64,000 bases of DNA. Origin: an uncultured Bacteroidota bacterium (GTDB taxonomy: Bacteria > Bacteroidota > Bacteroidia > Flavobacteriales > Flavobacteriaceae). Within the stretch, counting starts at the first letter, position 1, and the number at the start of each line of letters is the position of its first letter. A program made the position numbers and the translations under genes. A model generated the notes under the pieces. It was not told the origin of the DNA and ran no database searches. It saw only the letters and a list, made by a program, of their open reading frames with translations. The stretch spans positions 26,639-90,638 of the forward strand of contig CABXUS010000001.1 of NCBI GenBank assembly GCA_902515405.1. The letters are read 5' to 3'. This document shows positions 10,923-22,164 of the stretch, piece by piece.

Positions 10923-12278
10923 ATGTCAACAGACATTAGGATCAAAAATGGTTTATCCATAAATATCAAAGGTGTAGCAGATAAAGAATTAAAAAAAGTT
11001 CCTTTACCTACTCAACTTGCCCTAATTTTAGATGATTTTCATTTGATTGTTCCTAAGCTTTTAGTAAAAGAAGGTCAATCCATAAAAAGAGGTCAACCCA
11101 TCTTCTATTCTAAGTCAAATGAAAAAATAAAGTTTGTTTCGCCATCCTCAGGAACTTTAGAAAAAGTGGTTAGAGGCGATCGAAGAAAAATCCTAGAAAT
11201 CATTATTAAGACTGATAAAAAAGATTCAGTTTTTAAACACAAAATTCCAAATCAAGATAAACTTGATAAGCCAACAATAGTTGATTTATTATTAAAATCT
11301 GGATGCTGGCCGTTCATTAAACAAAGGCCATTTGATATTATAGCGAACCCTGATGAAAATCCAAAATCAATATTTATATCATGTTTTGATAGTGCGCCAC
11401 TAGGCGTGGATTTTGAATTTATTTTGAGGGATCAAATGACGGAATTTAAAAATGGATTAAAAATTTTAGAAAAAATATGTCCAAAAAATGTAAATATTGG
11501 ACTCAATAAAGACCAAAGTTTTTTGTCTAATGAATTAAGGGATTTCAATATAAACTTCTTTTCGGGACCTCATCCATCTGGAAATGTTGGTATTCAAATT
11601 CATCATATAGATCCAATAAATTCTGGTGAATCAGTGTGGACTCTTAGACCAGAAGATGTTTGTATTATTGGAAGATTTTTTCTAATAGGAGAGTATGAAG
11701 CAATAAGAACAATTGCAGTTTCAGGACCTCCAATAAAAAATCCAAAATATTTTAGAACGATAATTGGCACTAAAATTGATTTTGTATTTAGTAAAATTAT
11801 TTTTGATAATAATGATGATTACAGAATAGTCAATGGAGATGTTTTGAGCGGAAAAAGCGTTGACAAGGATAAATTTATAGGTTACTATAATAATAATATT
11901 TCGGTATTGAGAGAAGGTAATAATTATAAACTTTTTGGATGGATTCCATTTATTAATAATAGTGTACCTAGTATTTATAGATCTTCATTTAGCTGGTTAA
12001 GTTTTTCAAAACCTAAAGATTTTGACACAAATCTTAATGGTGAAGAGCGTGCTTTTGTTGTTACTGGTGAAATGGAAAAATTTTTACCAATGGATATTTA
12101 CCCAATGCAGTTAGTCAAAGAGTGCATGATTGGCAATATTGAAAAAATGGAAAAGCTTGGAATATATGAAGTTGCACCAGAAGATTTTGGATTGATTGAC
12201 TACGCATCATCTTCAAAAATTGAAGCACAAACAATCATAAGAGATGGCTTGGATTTTTTAATTAAGGAAACATTATAA
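10923..12278 (+). CDS. nqrA: Na+-translocating NADH:quinone oxidoreductase subunit A
   Basis: 451 aa, first gene of a contiguous six-gene nqr operon. N-terminal MSTDIRIKNGLSINIKG.. is typical of NqrA. Confidence 0.9.
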   Translation: MSTDIRIKNGLSINIKGVADKELKKVPLPTQLALILDDFHLIVPKLLVKEGQSIKRGQPIFYSKSNEKIKFVSPSSGTLEKVVRGDRRKILEIIIKTDKKDSVFKHKIPNQDKLDKPTIVDLLLKSGCWPFIKQRPFDIIANPDENPKSIFISCFDSAPLGVDFEFILRDQMTEFKNGLKILEKICPKNVNIGLNKDQSFLSNELRDFNINFFSGPHPSGNVGIQIHHIDPINSGESVWTLRPEDVCIIGRFFLIGEYEAIRTIAVSGPPIKNPKYFRTIIGTKIDFVFSKIIFDNNDDYRIVNGDVLSGKSVDKDKFIGYYNNNISVLREGNNYKLFGWIPFINNSVPSIYRSSFSWLSFSKPKDFDTNLNGEERAFVVTGEMEKFLPMDIYPMQLVKECMIGNIEKMEKLGIYEVAPEDFGLIDYASSSKIEAQTIIRDGLDFLIKETL

Positions 12279-12282
12279 TATT

Positions 12283-13437
12283 ATGAATATAAGAGGAATA
12301 GTTGATAAAATGAAGGTCCCTTTTGAAAAAGGTAATAAACTAGAAAAGTTATATCCTGCTTTTAATGCTTTTGAAACTTTTTTATTTGTCCCAAATCATA
12401 CTTCAAAAACTGGAGCTCACATTAGAGACGCAATAGATTTAAAAAGAGTTATGATAACCGTAATAATAGCTCTTTTGCCTGCTTTGTTTTATGGAATCTA
12501 TAACACTGGATATCAATATTTATATCAAACAGGTGAAACATTTACAACATTAGATGCCATTCTTCATGGATCATATAAAATACTTCCTATGATTGCAGTA
12601 TCCTATATAGTTGGTTTGGGCATTGAATTTGCATTCGCAGTTTTTAGGGGTCATCAAGTTAATGAGGGTTACCTTGTAACTGGTCTTCTAATTCCTATGA
12701 TAATGCCTGTGGATATTCCGCTGTGGATGGTTGGTGTTTCTGTCGCATTTGCCGTTTTAATTGGTAAAGAAGCTTTTGGTGGAACAGGAATGAATATATT
12801 AAACCCTGCACTTACAGCTAGGGCATTTGCTTTTTTTGCATATCCCACATACATGTCTGGAAATCAAGTTTGGGTTTCAGAAGCTTCTAATGTTGATGGT
12901 GTTTCTGGGGAAACTATTTTAGGGATGCTTGCTGCTGGTGGATCAACTGATCAGTTTAGTATGATGGATATGTTTATTGGTTCAATACCTGGGTCTATTG
13001 CTGAGACATCTACATTGATGGTTTTAATTGGAGCATTTATCTTGATTTATACAGGTGTAGGAAGTTGGAGAATAATGGTTGGATCTGTAATTGGAGCAGC
13101 TCTGACAGGCATTTTATTTAATCTATGGGGTGCTAATGAATTGATGAGCTTTGATTGGTATAATCATATAATTGTTGGTGGATTTGCTTTTGGTGTTGTT
13201 TTTATGGCCACTGATCCTGTTTCAGCAGCTCAAACGCTAAAAGGTAAATGGATATATGGATTACTTGTTGGTGTGTTTTGTATTTTAATAAGAGTTTTTA
13301 ATCCTGCATATCCTGAAGGTGTTATGCTTGCAATACTTCTTATGAATGTGTTTGCTCCAACTATTGATCACTATGTTATTAATGCTAGTGTCAAAAGAAG
13401 AGAGAAAAGACTTAACTCAAAATTAAAAATGGCTTAA
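12283..13437 (+). CDS. nqrB: Na+-NQR subunit B
   Basis: 384 aa polytopic membrane protein. GKEAFGGTGMNILNPAL and ATDPVS motifs, plus position in the operon. Confidence 0.92.
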   Translation: MNIRGIVDKMKVPFEKGNKLEKLYPAFNAFETFLFVPNHTSKTGAHIRDAIDLKRVMITVIIALLPALFYGIYNTGYQYLYQTGETFTTLDAILHGSYKILPMIAVSYIVGLGIEFAFAVFRGHQVNEGYLVTGLLIPMIMPVDIPLWMVGVSVAFAVLIGKEAFGGTGMNILNPALTARAFAFFAYPTYMSGNQVWVSEASNVDGVSGETILGMLAAGGSTDQFSMMDMFIGSIPGSIAETSTLMVLIGAFILIYTGVGSWRIMVGSVIGAALTGILFNLWGANELMSFDWYNHIIVGGFAFGVVFMATDPVSAAQTLKGKWIYGLLVGVFCILIRVFNPAYPEGVMLAILLMNVFAPTIDHYVINASVKRREKRLNSKLKMA

Positions 13438-14162
13438 TGAATAAAAATTCTAATATATATACTTTTCTTTTCGTAGGTATAATGGTTATTGGTATAGCAT
13501 CTATTTTGGCTTTTACTTCCCAAACACTCAAGCCAATGCAAAAAGAAAATGTAAAAAACGAAAAAATGCAAAATATACTTTCAACAATAGGAATTAATGT
13601 TTCCAGGGAAGAGGCTGAAGGTTTGTATTCCAAATACATCAAAGAAGAACTAGCACTAAAAATTGATGGGTCAGTAAATGAATCTTTAAACCCATTCTCT
13701 GAAATTAATTTAGCAAAAGAAATTAAGAAGGATTATAAAAATCAGCATTTTCCATTGTATGTAGCTGAAGTTGAATCTGAAAAATTTTACATAATAGAAT
13801 TAAGAGGCGTTGGGCTTTGGGATGCAATTTGGGGTTATATATCATTAAAAAGTGATTTTAACACTATTAATGGTGTTTCATTTGATCACAAGGGAGAAAC
13901 AGCTGGTCTTGGAGCTGAAATTACCAAAGACTGGTTTAAAGAAAGTTTTGTTGATGAAAAAGTATTTAACAAGAATGGAGAGCTTGTTGGAATTACTGTT
14001 TTGAAAGGAAACAATGACCCAAAAAATCAAGATAAAAATGATCATGAGGTTGATGCAATTTCTGGATCTACTATTACTGGTGATGGTGTAACAAATATGA
14101 TAATTGAGAGATTAAATAATTATTTACCTTACTTGGAAAAATTAAATATTGCTCAGCTGTAA
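13437..14162 (+). CDS. nqrC: Na+-NQR subunit C
   Basis: 241 aa. Single N-terminal TM helix and the FMN-attachment region DAISGSTITG. Confidence 0.92.
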   Translation: MNKNSNIYTFLFVGIMVIGIASILAFTSQTLKPMQKENVKNEKMQNILSTIGINVSREEAEGLYSKYIKEELALKIDGSVNESLNPFSEINLAKEIKKDYKNQHFPLYVAEVESEKFYIIELRGVGLWDAIWGYISLKSDFNTINGVSFDHKGETAGLGAEITKDWFKESFVDEKVFNKNGELVGITVLKGNNDPKNQDKNDHEVDAISGSTITGDGVTNMIIERLNNYLPYLEKLNIAQL

Positions 14163-14165
14163 ATT

Positions 14166-14855
14166 ATGGATAAGAAAAATACAAAAAAACCATCTTTTTT
14201 ATTTATTGGCAGGAGTGATGAACCTATTTTATCAAAGAAAAATAGAAAACTTTTAACCGATCCTTTAGACGATAACAACCCTATAACAGTTCAGGTGCTT
14301 GGAATCTGCTCAGCTTTGGCAATAACAGTACAACTTAAACCAGCTGTTGTAATGACTATGTCAGTAATTTTTGTAATGGCATGTAGTAATGTAATTATTT
14401 CTGTTCTTAGAAACTTAATTCCAAATAGAATAAGAATTATTGTTTTTCTTGTAGTAATCTCCTCATTGGTTGCTCTTGTTGATCAATTCTTAAAAGCCTA
14501 TGCCTATGATGTCAGTAAGGAATTATCAATATTTATAGGTTTAATTGTTACTAATTGTATTGTCATGGGTAGGCTAGAAGCATTTGCTTTAGGAAATGGA
14601 GTATGGAAATCATTTTTAGATGGAATTGGTAATGCAATTGGCTATGGTATTATATTAATTATTGTAGCTTTTTTCAGAGAACTATTTGGAGCTGGAACTT
14701 TATGGGGTATACAAGTTATTCCAGATTTTATATATGAGGAATATGGTTATGTGAATAATGGATTTATGTTATTATCCCCAATGGCTCTTATAACTGTTGG
14801 TGTAATTATTTGGATTCAAAGATCGAGAAATAGGACTTTAATAGAAGAAAATTAA
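14166..14855 (+). CDS. nqrD: Na+-NQR subunit D
   Basis: 229 aa membrane protein. LGICSALA and the NCIVMGR motif shared with RnfE/NqrD. Confidence 0.92.
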   Translation: MDKKNTKKPSFLFIGRSDEPILSKKNRKLLTDPLDDNNPITVQVLGICSALAITVQLKPAVVMTMSVIFVMACSNVIISVLRNLIPNRIRIIVFLVVISSLVALVDQFLKAYAYDVSKELSIFIGLIVTNCIVMGRLEAFALGNGVWKSFLDGIGNAIGYGIILIIVAFFRELFGAGTLWGIQVIPDFIYEEYGYVNNGFMLLSPMALITVGVIIWIQRSRNRTLIEEN

Positions 14856-14856
14856 T

Positions 14857-15477
14857 ATGTTAGAACAATATTTAAATCTCTTTGTAAAAAGTATTTTTAT
14901 TGAAAATATGGTATTTGCATATTTCTTAGGAATGTGTTCATACTTAGCTATCTCAAAAACTCTAAAAAATGGTGTAGGAATGGGATTTGCGGTAATTTTC
15001 GTTTTAACCATAACAGTACCTTTAAATTATTTAATTTTTGAGTATTTACTTTCAGACGGTGCTTTAGCTTGGATTGGTTCAGAGTATGCAGAGCTAGACC
15101 TGAGTTTTTTAAGCTTAATAATGTTTATTGCTGTTATTGCTTCTATGGTTCAGTTGGTTGAAATGATTGTTGAGAAATTTTCACCTGCTTTGTATGGTTC
15201 ATTAGGAATTTTTCTTCCATTGATTGCTGTGAATTGTGCAATTTTAGGAGGGTCCCTTTTCATGCAGATTAAAGATTTTTCAGGTATTAGTGAGGCTGCT
15301 GTTTATGGTTTTGGATCCGGTGTAGGTTGGTTTTTAGCTATTGTTGGTATTGCTGCTATCAGAGAAAAAATTGCATATTCAAATATTCCAGCACCGCTCA
15401 GAGGTTTAGGAATTACCTTTATTATAACAGGACTTATGGCAATTGGATTTATGAGCTTTATGGGAATTAAATTATAA
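14857..15477 (+). CDS. nqrE: Na+-NQR subunit E
   Basis: 206 aa membrane protein. LGMCSYLA and AVNCAILGG motifs. Confidence 0.92.
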   Translation: MLEQYLNLFVKSIFIENMVFAYFLGMCSYLAISKTLKNGVGMGFAVIFVLTITVPLNYLIFEYLLSDGALAWIGSEYAELDLSFLSLIMFIAVIASMVQLVEMIVEKFSPALYGSLGIFLPLIAVNCAILGGSLFMQIKDFSGISEAAVYGFGSGVGWFLAIVGIAAIREKIAYSNIPAPLRGLGITFIITGLMAIGFMSFMGIKL

Positions 15478-15479
15478 CT

Positions 15480-16778
15480 ATGAGCGTTTATACATATATA
15501 TTAATTAGTGCTATCATTTTTATAATGATAATTTTTGTTTTAGTAGCTATGTTGCTTGGTGTAAAAGCTAAACTTTTGCCCTCAGGTCCTGTGAAAATTT
15601 TGATTAATGATGAAAAAGAAATTGAAGTTGATTCTGGAAGTACTCTATTATCAACTTTAGGTAATAACAAAGTTTTTTTACCATCAGCTTGTGGTGGTGG
15701 TGGTACATGTGTTCAGTGCAAATGTATTGTTAATGATGGAGGAGGTGAAATATTACCAACTGAGGTTCCTCATTTTTCAAGAAAAGAAATAAAAGATGGC
15801 TGGAGATTAGGCTGTCAAGTAAAAGTAAAGGAGAACATGAAAATTCATGTTCCTGAGGAGGTTTTTGGAATTAAAAAATATGAAGCTAAAGTTGTAAGAA
15901 ATTATAATGTAGCATCCTTTATCAAAGAGTTTGTTGTTGAAATACCCGAAGAAATGAATTACAAAGCTGGTGGATATATTCAAATTGAAATTCCTAAGTG
16001 TAAGGTTAATTATAAAGATATTGACATAACATCTCATCCTAAAGAACATCCTGACGATCCTCATAAATTCAAAATGGAATGGGACAAATTCGGATTATGG
16101 GATTTGAAAATGAAGAATGATGAAGATGTGGAGCGAGCATACTCAATGGCATCTTTTCCTGCTGAAGGAAGAGAAATTATGCTAAATGTAAGAATTGCTA
16201 CTCCTCCATGGGATAGAAATAAAAATGCTTGGATGGATGTAAATCCTGGAATAGCATCTACTTATGTTTTTGCAAAGAAACCAGGTGACACTGTTACTAT
16301 TTCTGGACCTTACGGTGACTTCTTCATTAACGAGTCAGATGCAGAAATGCTTTACGTTGCTGGTGGTGCTGGGATGGCTCCAATGAGATCACACCTATAT
16401 CATTTATTTAGAACAGTCAAATCAGGAAGAAAAGTAAACTTCTGGTATGGAGGAAGATCAAAACGAGAACTTTTCTATGTTGATCATTTTAGAGCTTTAG
16501 AAAAAGATTACTCTAATTTTAAGTTTTATATTGCTTTGTCTGAACCAATGGATGAAGATAATTGGAAAGTTAAAGATGGATTAGATGGTGAGGGTGACGG
16601 TTTTGTTGGATTTATTCATCAAGCCGTTATTGATAATTATTTAGATCATCATGAATCACCTGAAGATATTGAGGTATACTACTGTGGGCCTCCTCTTATG
16701 AATAAAGCAGTTGATAAAATGGCTCTTGATTATGGAGTTCCACCAGAGAATATTAGATTTGATGACTTTGGAGAATAA
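15480..16778 (+). CDS. nqrF: Na+-NQR subunit F
   Basis: 432 aa. N-terminal TM helix, 2Fe-2S ferredoxin motif CGGGGTCVQCKC, FAD motif RAYSMAS and NADH-binding motif GGAGMAPMRS. Confidence 0.95.
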   Translation: MSVYTYILISAIIFIMIIFVLVAMLLGVKAKLLPSGPVKILINDEKEIEVDSGSTLLSTLGNNKVFLPSACGGGGTCVQCKCIVNDGGGEILPTEVPHFSRKEIKDGWRLGCQVKVKENMKIHVPEEVFGIKKYEAKVVRNYNVASFIKEFVVEIPEEMNYKAGGYIQIEIPKCKVNYKDIDITSHPKEHPDDPHKFKMEWDKFGLWDLKMKNDEDVERAYSMASFPAEGREIMLNVRIATPPWDRNKNAWMDVNPGIASTYVFAKKPGDTVTISGPYGDFFINESDAEMLYVAGGAGMAPMRSHLYHLFRTVKSGRKVNFWYGGRSKRELFYVDHFRALEKDYSNFKFYIALSEPMDEDNWKVKDGLDGEGDGFVGFIHQAVIDNYLDHHESPEDIEVYYCGPPLMNKAVDKMALDYGVPPENIRFDDFGE

Positions 16779-17796
16779 ATTAAATTCTTACCTAAACTAT
16801 TTTTGCTTATTTCTTTCAATTAATCTTATTATTTCCTGCGATATTAAAAGACCTTATGATGAACTTTCAGGCTCTACGTTTGGGACTTTTTATAATATTA
16901 AATTTTTTTCTCATGATGAGAATATAATTAACAAAACAGAAATAGATTCAATCTTTTCTATGTTTGATAATTCACTATCAACATACATTGATACCTCAAC
17001 TATTTCAAAAGTTAATAAAGGTGAGAATATTGAACTTGATAATTTATTTATTGATGTTTTTAATAAATCAAAAGTCATTTACAATAAAACTGGGGGGATG
17101 TTTGACCCATCGATTGGAAATTTACTTGAATATTATGGATTTGGTCCTGACAAAACTATAAATGAAATAAATTCTAACGAAATATTATTGATTTTACAAT
17201 CTGTTGGTTTTGACAAAGTATCTATAGTAAACAATAAGCTATTTAAACAAAATCAATTCACAAAACTTGATTTTAATGCAATTGCTAAAGGATATGCGGT
17301 TGATATAGTTGGCGAAATGTTAGAGTCGAAGGGGGTTAATGACTACATGATTAATATTGGTGGTGAAATAAGATCTATGGGCAAAAATCATTTTAAAGAT
17401 AGTTTTTGGAAAATTGGAATTGAAAATCCTGAACCAAAGAAACAAGATGATATAATTAGTAAAAAAGTTAAACTAAATAATGTATCAATAGCATCATCAG
17501 GTAATTATAGAAATTATAGAGTTGACCCTAAAACAGGAATTAAATATGTTCATACAATTAATCCTCTAAATGGTAAATCCCAACAAAGCAATATTCTAAG
17601 TGCCTCTGTAATATCCAAATCTTGCTTTGTAGCTGATGCTTATGCCACTGCCATGATGGTTGGTAATTTAGATTATATAATAAATCTTACTGAAAATAAT
17701 GATGAAATTGAATCTCTAATAATTTATTTTGATTCTAATAATAATCTTTCGGAGTATATTTCCGATGGATTTAAAGAATTAATTATTCAACCTTAA
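16762..17796 (+). CDS. apbE: FAD:protein FMN transferase ApbE (lipoprotein)
   Basis: GMFDPSIG, AKGYAVD, ASSGNYRNY and ADAYATA motifs. Start chosen at MTLENK.., giving the lipobox LIISC. The ORF-track start at 16711 lies inside nqrF. Confidence 0.85.
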   Translation: MTLENKLNSYLNYFCLFLSINLIISCDIKRPYDELSGSTFGTFYNIKFFSHDENIINKTEIDSIFSMFDNSLSTYIDTSTISKVNKGENIELDNLFIDVFNKSKVIYNKTGGMFDPSIGNLLEYYGFGPDKTINEINSNEILLILQSVGFDKVSIVNNKLFKQNQFTKLDFNAIAKGYAVDIVGEMLESKGVNDYMINIGGEIRSMGKNHFKDSFWKIGIENPEPKKQDDIISKKVKLNNVSIASSGNYRNYRVDPKTGIKYVHTINPLNGKSQQSNILSASVISKSCFVADAYATAMMVGNLDYIINLTENNDEIESLIIYFDSNNNLSEYISDGFKELIIQP

Positions 17797-18574
17797 CACA
17801 ATAAGGAATTATTTCTTCCTTAATTAAACCATATTTTTTAATCTGATTAATACTTAAATTGTTACAGTATTGTACTCTTTTGACATTAAATCCATGTTTT
17901 TTAATTTTATCGAAAAAGTCATTTCCATAAACTCTTAAGTGATCATATTGGCCAAATAATTCATTTCTTTTTTTTAAATTATTTATATCTCTACCATCAA
18001 TTGTGTTTTTTAATTTTAAATCTAATGGTACTTGTAAAATTGCAACACCATTATTTTTTAAAACTCTTCTTAATTCATTAATTGCTAAATCATCATCGTA
18101 AACATGTTCTAAAACATGATTACATAAAATAAAATCAAATGAATTATCATCAAAGGGCATTTTACATATATCCACTTTGTATTCAGCTAATGGCGAATTT
18201 AAATCAGCTGTATAATAATCTTTAAAATATTTTTTAAAAAAATAATAGAAACATGGTTCAGGAGCTATATGAAGAATCTTATTATCTACATTAAAAAAAG
18301 ATGTTTCATTTTTTAAATACAGCCATAATAAACGATGTCGCTCTAGTGATAAAGTTCCTAATGATAGAGCATTTTTTCTAGGATTATTATAACCATATGG
18401 AAAAAATCTTGAATAAGATTTTTCATTAATAGGATCTAAAAACTTATCGCCACTAAAAAGAAAATTAAAAACTGGTCTAAAGATTATACTTAATCTAATT
18501 AATATACTTCTTGGAAAGTAATTCAGTAAGAATTTAATAATTATTCTCATTCCATTTAAATTCATTTTCTTCAT
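17783..18574 (-). CDS. class I SAM-dependent methyltransferase
   Basis: 263 aa. Methyltransf_11-like core (ILHIAPE.., FDFILCNHVLEHV, GVAILQVP). Confidence 0.7.
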   Translation of the reverse strand: MKKMNLNGMRIIIKFLLNYFPRSILIRLSIIFRPVFNFLFSGDKFLDPINEKSYSRFFPYGYNNPRKNALSLGTLSLERHRLLWLYLKNETSFFNVDNKILHIAPEPCFYYFFKKYFKDYYTADLNSPLAEYKVDICKMPFDDNSFDFILCNHVLEHVYDDDLAINELRRVLKNNGVAILQVPLDLKLKNTIDGRDINNLKKRNELFGQYDHLRVYGNDFFDKIKKHGFNVKRVQYCNNLSINQIKKYGLIKEEIIPYCVKVE

Positions 18575-19364
18575 CTGATTTTATGCCCAAAGATTCATAT
18601 ATAAAATCAAACGTTGATAGAAGAATGGGTTTACCATTTATCATAGCTACATCATGTTCAAAATGAACACTCGGTAGTTTATCAGCAGTTTCTACAGTCC
18701 AACCATCATTTAAAAAATTAACTTTTTCTGTTCCCATATTAATCATTGGTTCAATAGCTAAGACCATCCCATCTTCAAATTTTTTACCATTACCTTTTTT
18801 ACCAAAATTTGGAACCTCAGGACTTTCATGTAAACTTCTACCTAATCCATGGCCAACTAATTCTCTAACTACGCCATATCCATTAGTTTCATTATAAAAT
18901 TGTATGGCATTGCTTATATCACCTACTCTTTTACCTTTTTTAAACTCTTTAATTCCAATGTATAATGAAGCTAATGCAATATCTAGAAGTTTTTGAATTT
19001 CTGATGATACATCTCCAACTTTAAATGTGTATGCATGATCTCCATAAAATCCATTTTTTAATACTCCGCAATCTATTGATACAATATCTCCATTTTCTAA
19101 AGGTTTTTTGTTGGGTATTCCATGAACAACTTCAAAATTTGGACTTACACATAATGTATTTGGAAAATCATACATACCCAGAAAACCAGGTATTCCTCCG
19201 TTATCTCTAATAAATTCTTCTGCTAATTTATCTAAATCTAGAGAATTAATTCCAGGCTTAATTTTTTTAGCTAACAAACCTAAAGTTTTAGAAACAAGTT
19301 GTGCGCTTTCATACATCAACTTAATTTCTTCAATAGATTTTAAAATAATTTTCTTAGAATCCAT
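18534..19364 (-). CDS. map: type I methionine aminopeptidase
   Basis: Metal ligands in context (DIVSIDCG, DHAYTF, VGHGLG, LAIEPM, FEHDV). Start moved to MDSKKIILKS. Confidence 0.9.
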   Translation of the reverse strand: MDSKKIILKSIEEIKLMYESAQLVSKTLGLLAKKIKPGINSLDLDKLAEEFIRDNGGIPGFLGMYDFPNTLCVSPNFEVVHGIPNKKPLENGDIVSIDCGVLKNGFYGDHAYTFKVGDVSSEIQKLLDIALASLYIGIKEFKKGKRVGDISNAIQFYNETNGYGVVRELVGHGLGRSLHESPEVPNFGKKGNGKKFEDGMVLAIEPMINMGTEKVNFLNDGWTVETADKLPSVHFEHDVAMINGKPILLSTFDFIYESLGIKSDEENEFKWNENNY

Positions 19365-19899
19365 AATATGCATTTTGATAACCAGAACCATCTAATATTT
19401 TTAAAATATCTTTTTCTAGTGATTCAATTGTTAGCTCAACTATTCTATTATTTTCTTCATCATTATTAAAAAAAATAAAAGTAGGAACATTAATTATCTC
19501 ATATTTTAATTCATCTTCATTTGGATTTTTTTTATCAACGTCAAGTCCAATTAATTCGATATTTCTTTTGCTAAACTTTATATGATCCATTAATTTGAAA
19601 AACCCAGGTACATTATCTCTGCTATCACTGCACCATGTACCCATTATAACTTTGATTTTTATTTTACGATTAATTAATTTTTTCAACTTGGATGCAGTTT
19701 CTAAATCTATTTCATAATTCTCATAATTTTCTAAAAACCATGAACGGTAAGGATCTTTATTTAAATCAGTTCTATTAAAGCTTCCAATTAAATCAACATA
19801 TTCAATATCATCGATAGTTTCATCTATTTCATTACTTTTTGTTGATGGATTTTTACATGAAAAAAAAATTAATATTAATAGAATAGTTATTTTTTTCAT
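19354..19899 (-). CDS. thioredoxin-fold lipoprotein (monothiol WCSDS motif)
   Basis: 181 aa. Lipobox IFFSC and a thioredoxin-like GTWCSDSRDNVP. Confidence 0.6.
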   Translation of the reverse strand: MKKITILLILIFFSCKNPSTKSNEIDETIDDIEYVDLIGSFNRTDLNKDPYRSWFLENYENYEIDLETASKLKKLINRKIKIKVIMGTWCSDSRDNVPGFFKLMDHIKFSKRNIELIGLDVDKKNPNEDELKYEIINVPTFIFFNNDEENNRIVELTIESLEKDILKILDGSGYQNAYYGF

Positions 19900-21434
19900 A
19901 TCAATGTATTACCAGTCATTAGTTTTGGTTTTTTAAGATCTAAAATATTTAAAATAGTAGGAGCTATATCTGCAAGAACACCATCATTAACTTTTTCAAC
20001 ATCATCATCAATTATAATTATTGGAACAGGATTAGTTGTATGTGCAGTATTTGGAGTTCCATCATCATTAATCATAACATCACTATTGCCATGATCAGCT
20101 ATTAAAATTATTGAGTAATCATTTTTTAAACATTCTTTAATAATTGTGCTAGTACAATCATCAACAGCTTCACATGCTTTAATTGTAGCCTTAAAATCTC
20201 CGGTATGTCCAACCATATCAGGATTTGCAAAATTTAAACAAATAAAATCAGCGCTTTTATTTTGTATTTCAGGGATTATCAAGTTAGTAATATTCAGAGC
20301 ACTCATCTCAGGTTTTAAATCATAAGTTGCAACCTTAGGTGATTCACACATTATTCTTTTTTCATTAATGAATTTTTCTTCTTTTCCACCATTAAAAAAG
20401 AAAGTTACGTGTGGGTATTTTTCCGTTTCAGCAATTCTGATTTGATTTTTACTATTAACAGATAAAACTTCACCTAAAGTGTCTTTTAAGTTTTCGTTTT
20501 CATATATAACAGATATATTACTATAATTGTTATTATAATTAGTCATTGTTAAATAGTTTAAGTCTAATTTTTTCATTCCAAATTCAATTAAATCATACTG
20601 ACTTAAAACCTCTGTTAATTGCCTCCCTCTATCGGTTCTAAAATTATAAAATAGAACCAAATCACCATCTTTTATTTTAGCCACGGGTTTATTGTTTTTA
20701 GCTATTACTACAGGACTTATGAATTCATCAGTTATACCATTATTGTAAGATTCTTGAATTGATTTTAGTGGATCATTACTTACAAGTCCCTTTCCATTAA
20801 CTAAAAGATCATATGCTTTCTTTACTCTATCCCATCTTTTGTCTCTGTCCATTGAATAATATCTTCCACATATAGACGCTAACTCAAAACTTGTATTTTC
20901 AATAAAATCTAAAATACTTTTTATATGCTTTAATCCAGACATAGGGTCGACATCTCTACCATCAGTAAATGCATGGATAAAGGTGTTCTTAGCTTTTTTA
21001 GATTCAATAATATCTATTAATTCTTTTAAATGAGAAATATGAGAATGTACACCACCGTCTGAAGCTAAGCCAATTAGATGAATATTTTTTTTATTTAAAA
21101 TTGCTTTATCAATGCACTTATTTAATGATTTATTTTTTTTTAAAAAACCATTTTTTATATCGTTATTTATTTTGGCTAATTCTTGAAAAACTATTCTTCC
21201 AGCTCCAATATTCATATGACCAACTTCACTATTTCCCATTTGTCCATCAGGAAGTCCTACGCTTTTACCATGAGTTAAAAGCTGTGCATTTGGGTATTGT
21301 TTAATCAATGAATCATAGCAAGGCGTATTTGCTTTATCTATTGCAGACTTTGCTGGATCCTTTGAAATTCCCCAACCATCCAGAATTAATAGAATTAGTT
21401 TTTTAGTTTTTTTCAAATCAATAGTTCTAAGCAA
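19896..21434 (-). CDS. gpmI: 2,3-bisphosphoglycerate-independent phosphoglycerate mutase
   Basis: 512 aa. LLILDGWG, GNSEVGHMNIGAGR, ADHGN. Confidence 0.92.
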   Translation of the reverse strand: MLRTIDLKKTKKLILLILDGWGISKDPAKSAIDKANTPCYDSLIKQYPNAQLLTHGKSVGLPDGQMGNSEVGHMNIGAGRIVFQELAKINNDIKNGFLKKNKSLNKCIDKAILNKKNIHLIGLASDGGVHSHISHLKELIDIIESKKAKNTFIHAFTDGRDVDPMSGLKHIKSILDFIENTSFELASICGRYYSMDRDKRWDRVKKAYDLLVNGKGLVSNDPLKSIQESYNNGITDEFISPVVIAKNNKPVAKIKDGDLVLFYNFRTDRGRQLTEVLSQYDLIEFGMKKLDLNYLTMTNYNNNYSNISVIYENENLKDTLGEVLSVNSKNQIRIAETEKYPHVTFFFNGGKEEKFINEKRIMCESPKVATYDLKPEMSALNITNLIIPEIQNKSADFICLNFANPDMVGHTGDFKATIKACEAVDDCTSTIIKECLKNDYSIILIADHGNSDVMINDDGTPNTAHTTNPVPIIIIDDDVEKVNDGVLADIAPTILNILDLKKPKLMTGNTLI

Positions 21435-21450
21435 ATTTAGCTATAAAATA

Positions 21451-22164
21451 TCATTTGAGATTAGGATTGATTTCTAGAATATTATTGTTGATATAATCAG
21501 AAATAAATTTTTCGTTAAAAAGTTCTTTGCCTTCAATATCAACTTTTGAAATTATTTCAACAATATCAATTTTTAAAAAACTTTTTAAATATTTTTTTGA
21601 TTCTGGTAAATAGCTGTAATGCCATGGCTCATATTCAAATCCTTTTCTATTTATATTGTCATCATATGTTAGGTAAAAACCAAATTTTTGAGAGTTATTA
21701 TCCATCCATTTTTTAAGCTTTTCAAATATTCCACCTTCTTCATATTTTTTAGAAATCAGTAATTCTTTTTCGTTTTTAAAATCTTCATCAATAACATCAA
21801 TTTCAGTTCCCCAATGATGTCTTGATGTTCCAGGAATAGTTGAAAAACGTATAATTTCTTTAATTGCTTCCAAATCACTTAAATTATTTTCAGTAGTAAA
21901 TTTTTTAAATTTTCTGTTCCAAATTTGTTTTTGTCTTTCAAAATCTCTAAAACCTGAAACCACTTTTATTTTAACTCCATCAAGAAGAGCTGCCTTTCTC
22001 ATTTTTTCCATTGCAATAAATGTGTTTTTTTCAAGTTTAATTGAATCTCCAACTAAATTTGAATGCTCTATACCTAGTAAAGCTTTATAATCTATTTCTT
22101 GTGAGTTCATACAGTTTAATCCAAAAACTATTATTACAAAACATAATAATTTATTATATATCAT
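21451..22164 (-). CDS. M15-family D-Ala-D-Ala carboxypeptidase (VanY/LdcB-like)
   Basis: 237 aa. SGFRDFERQ, PGTSRHHWGTEIDV, EPWHYSY. Confidence 0.75.
   Translation of the reverse strand: MIYNKLLCFVIIVFGLNCMNSQEIDYKALLGIEHSNLVGDSIKLEKNTFIAMEKMRKAALLDGVKIKVVSGFRDFERQKQIWNRKFKKFTTENNLSDLEAIKEIIRFSTIPGTSRHHWGTEIDVIDEDFKNEKELLISKKYEEGGIFEKLKKWMDNNSQKFGFYLTYDDNINRKGFEYEPWHYSYLPESKKYLKSFLKIDIVEIISKVDIEGKELFNEKFISDYINNNILEINPNLK

Noticed and set aside
16711-16761. Upstream extension of apbE into nqrF
   Set aside because: The extension lies inside the nqrF coding sequence. The Met at 16762 gives a normal lipoprotein signal.
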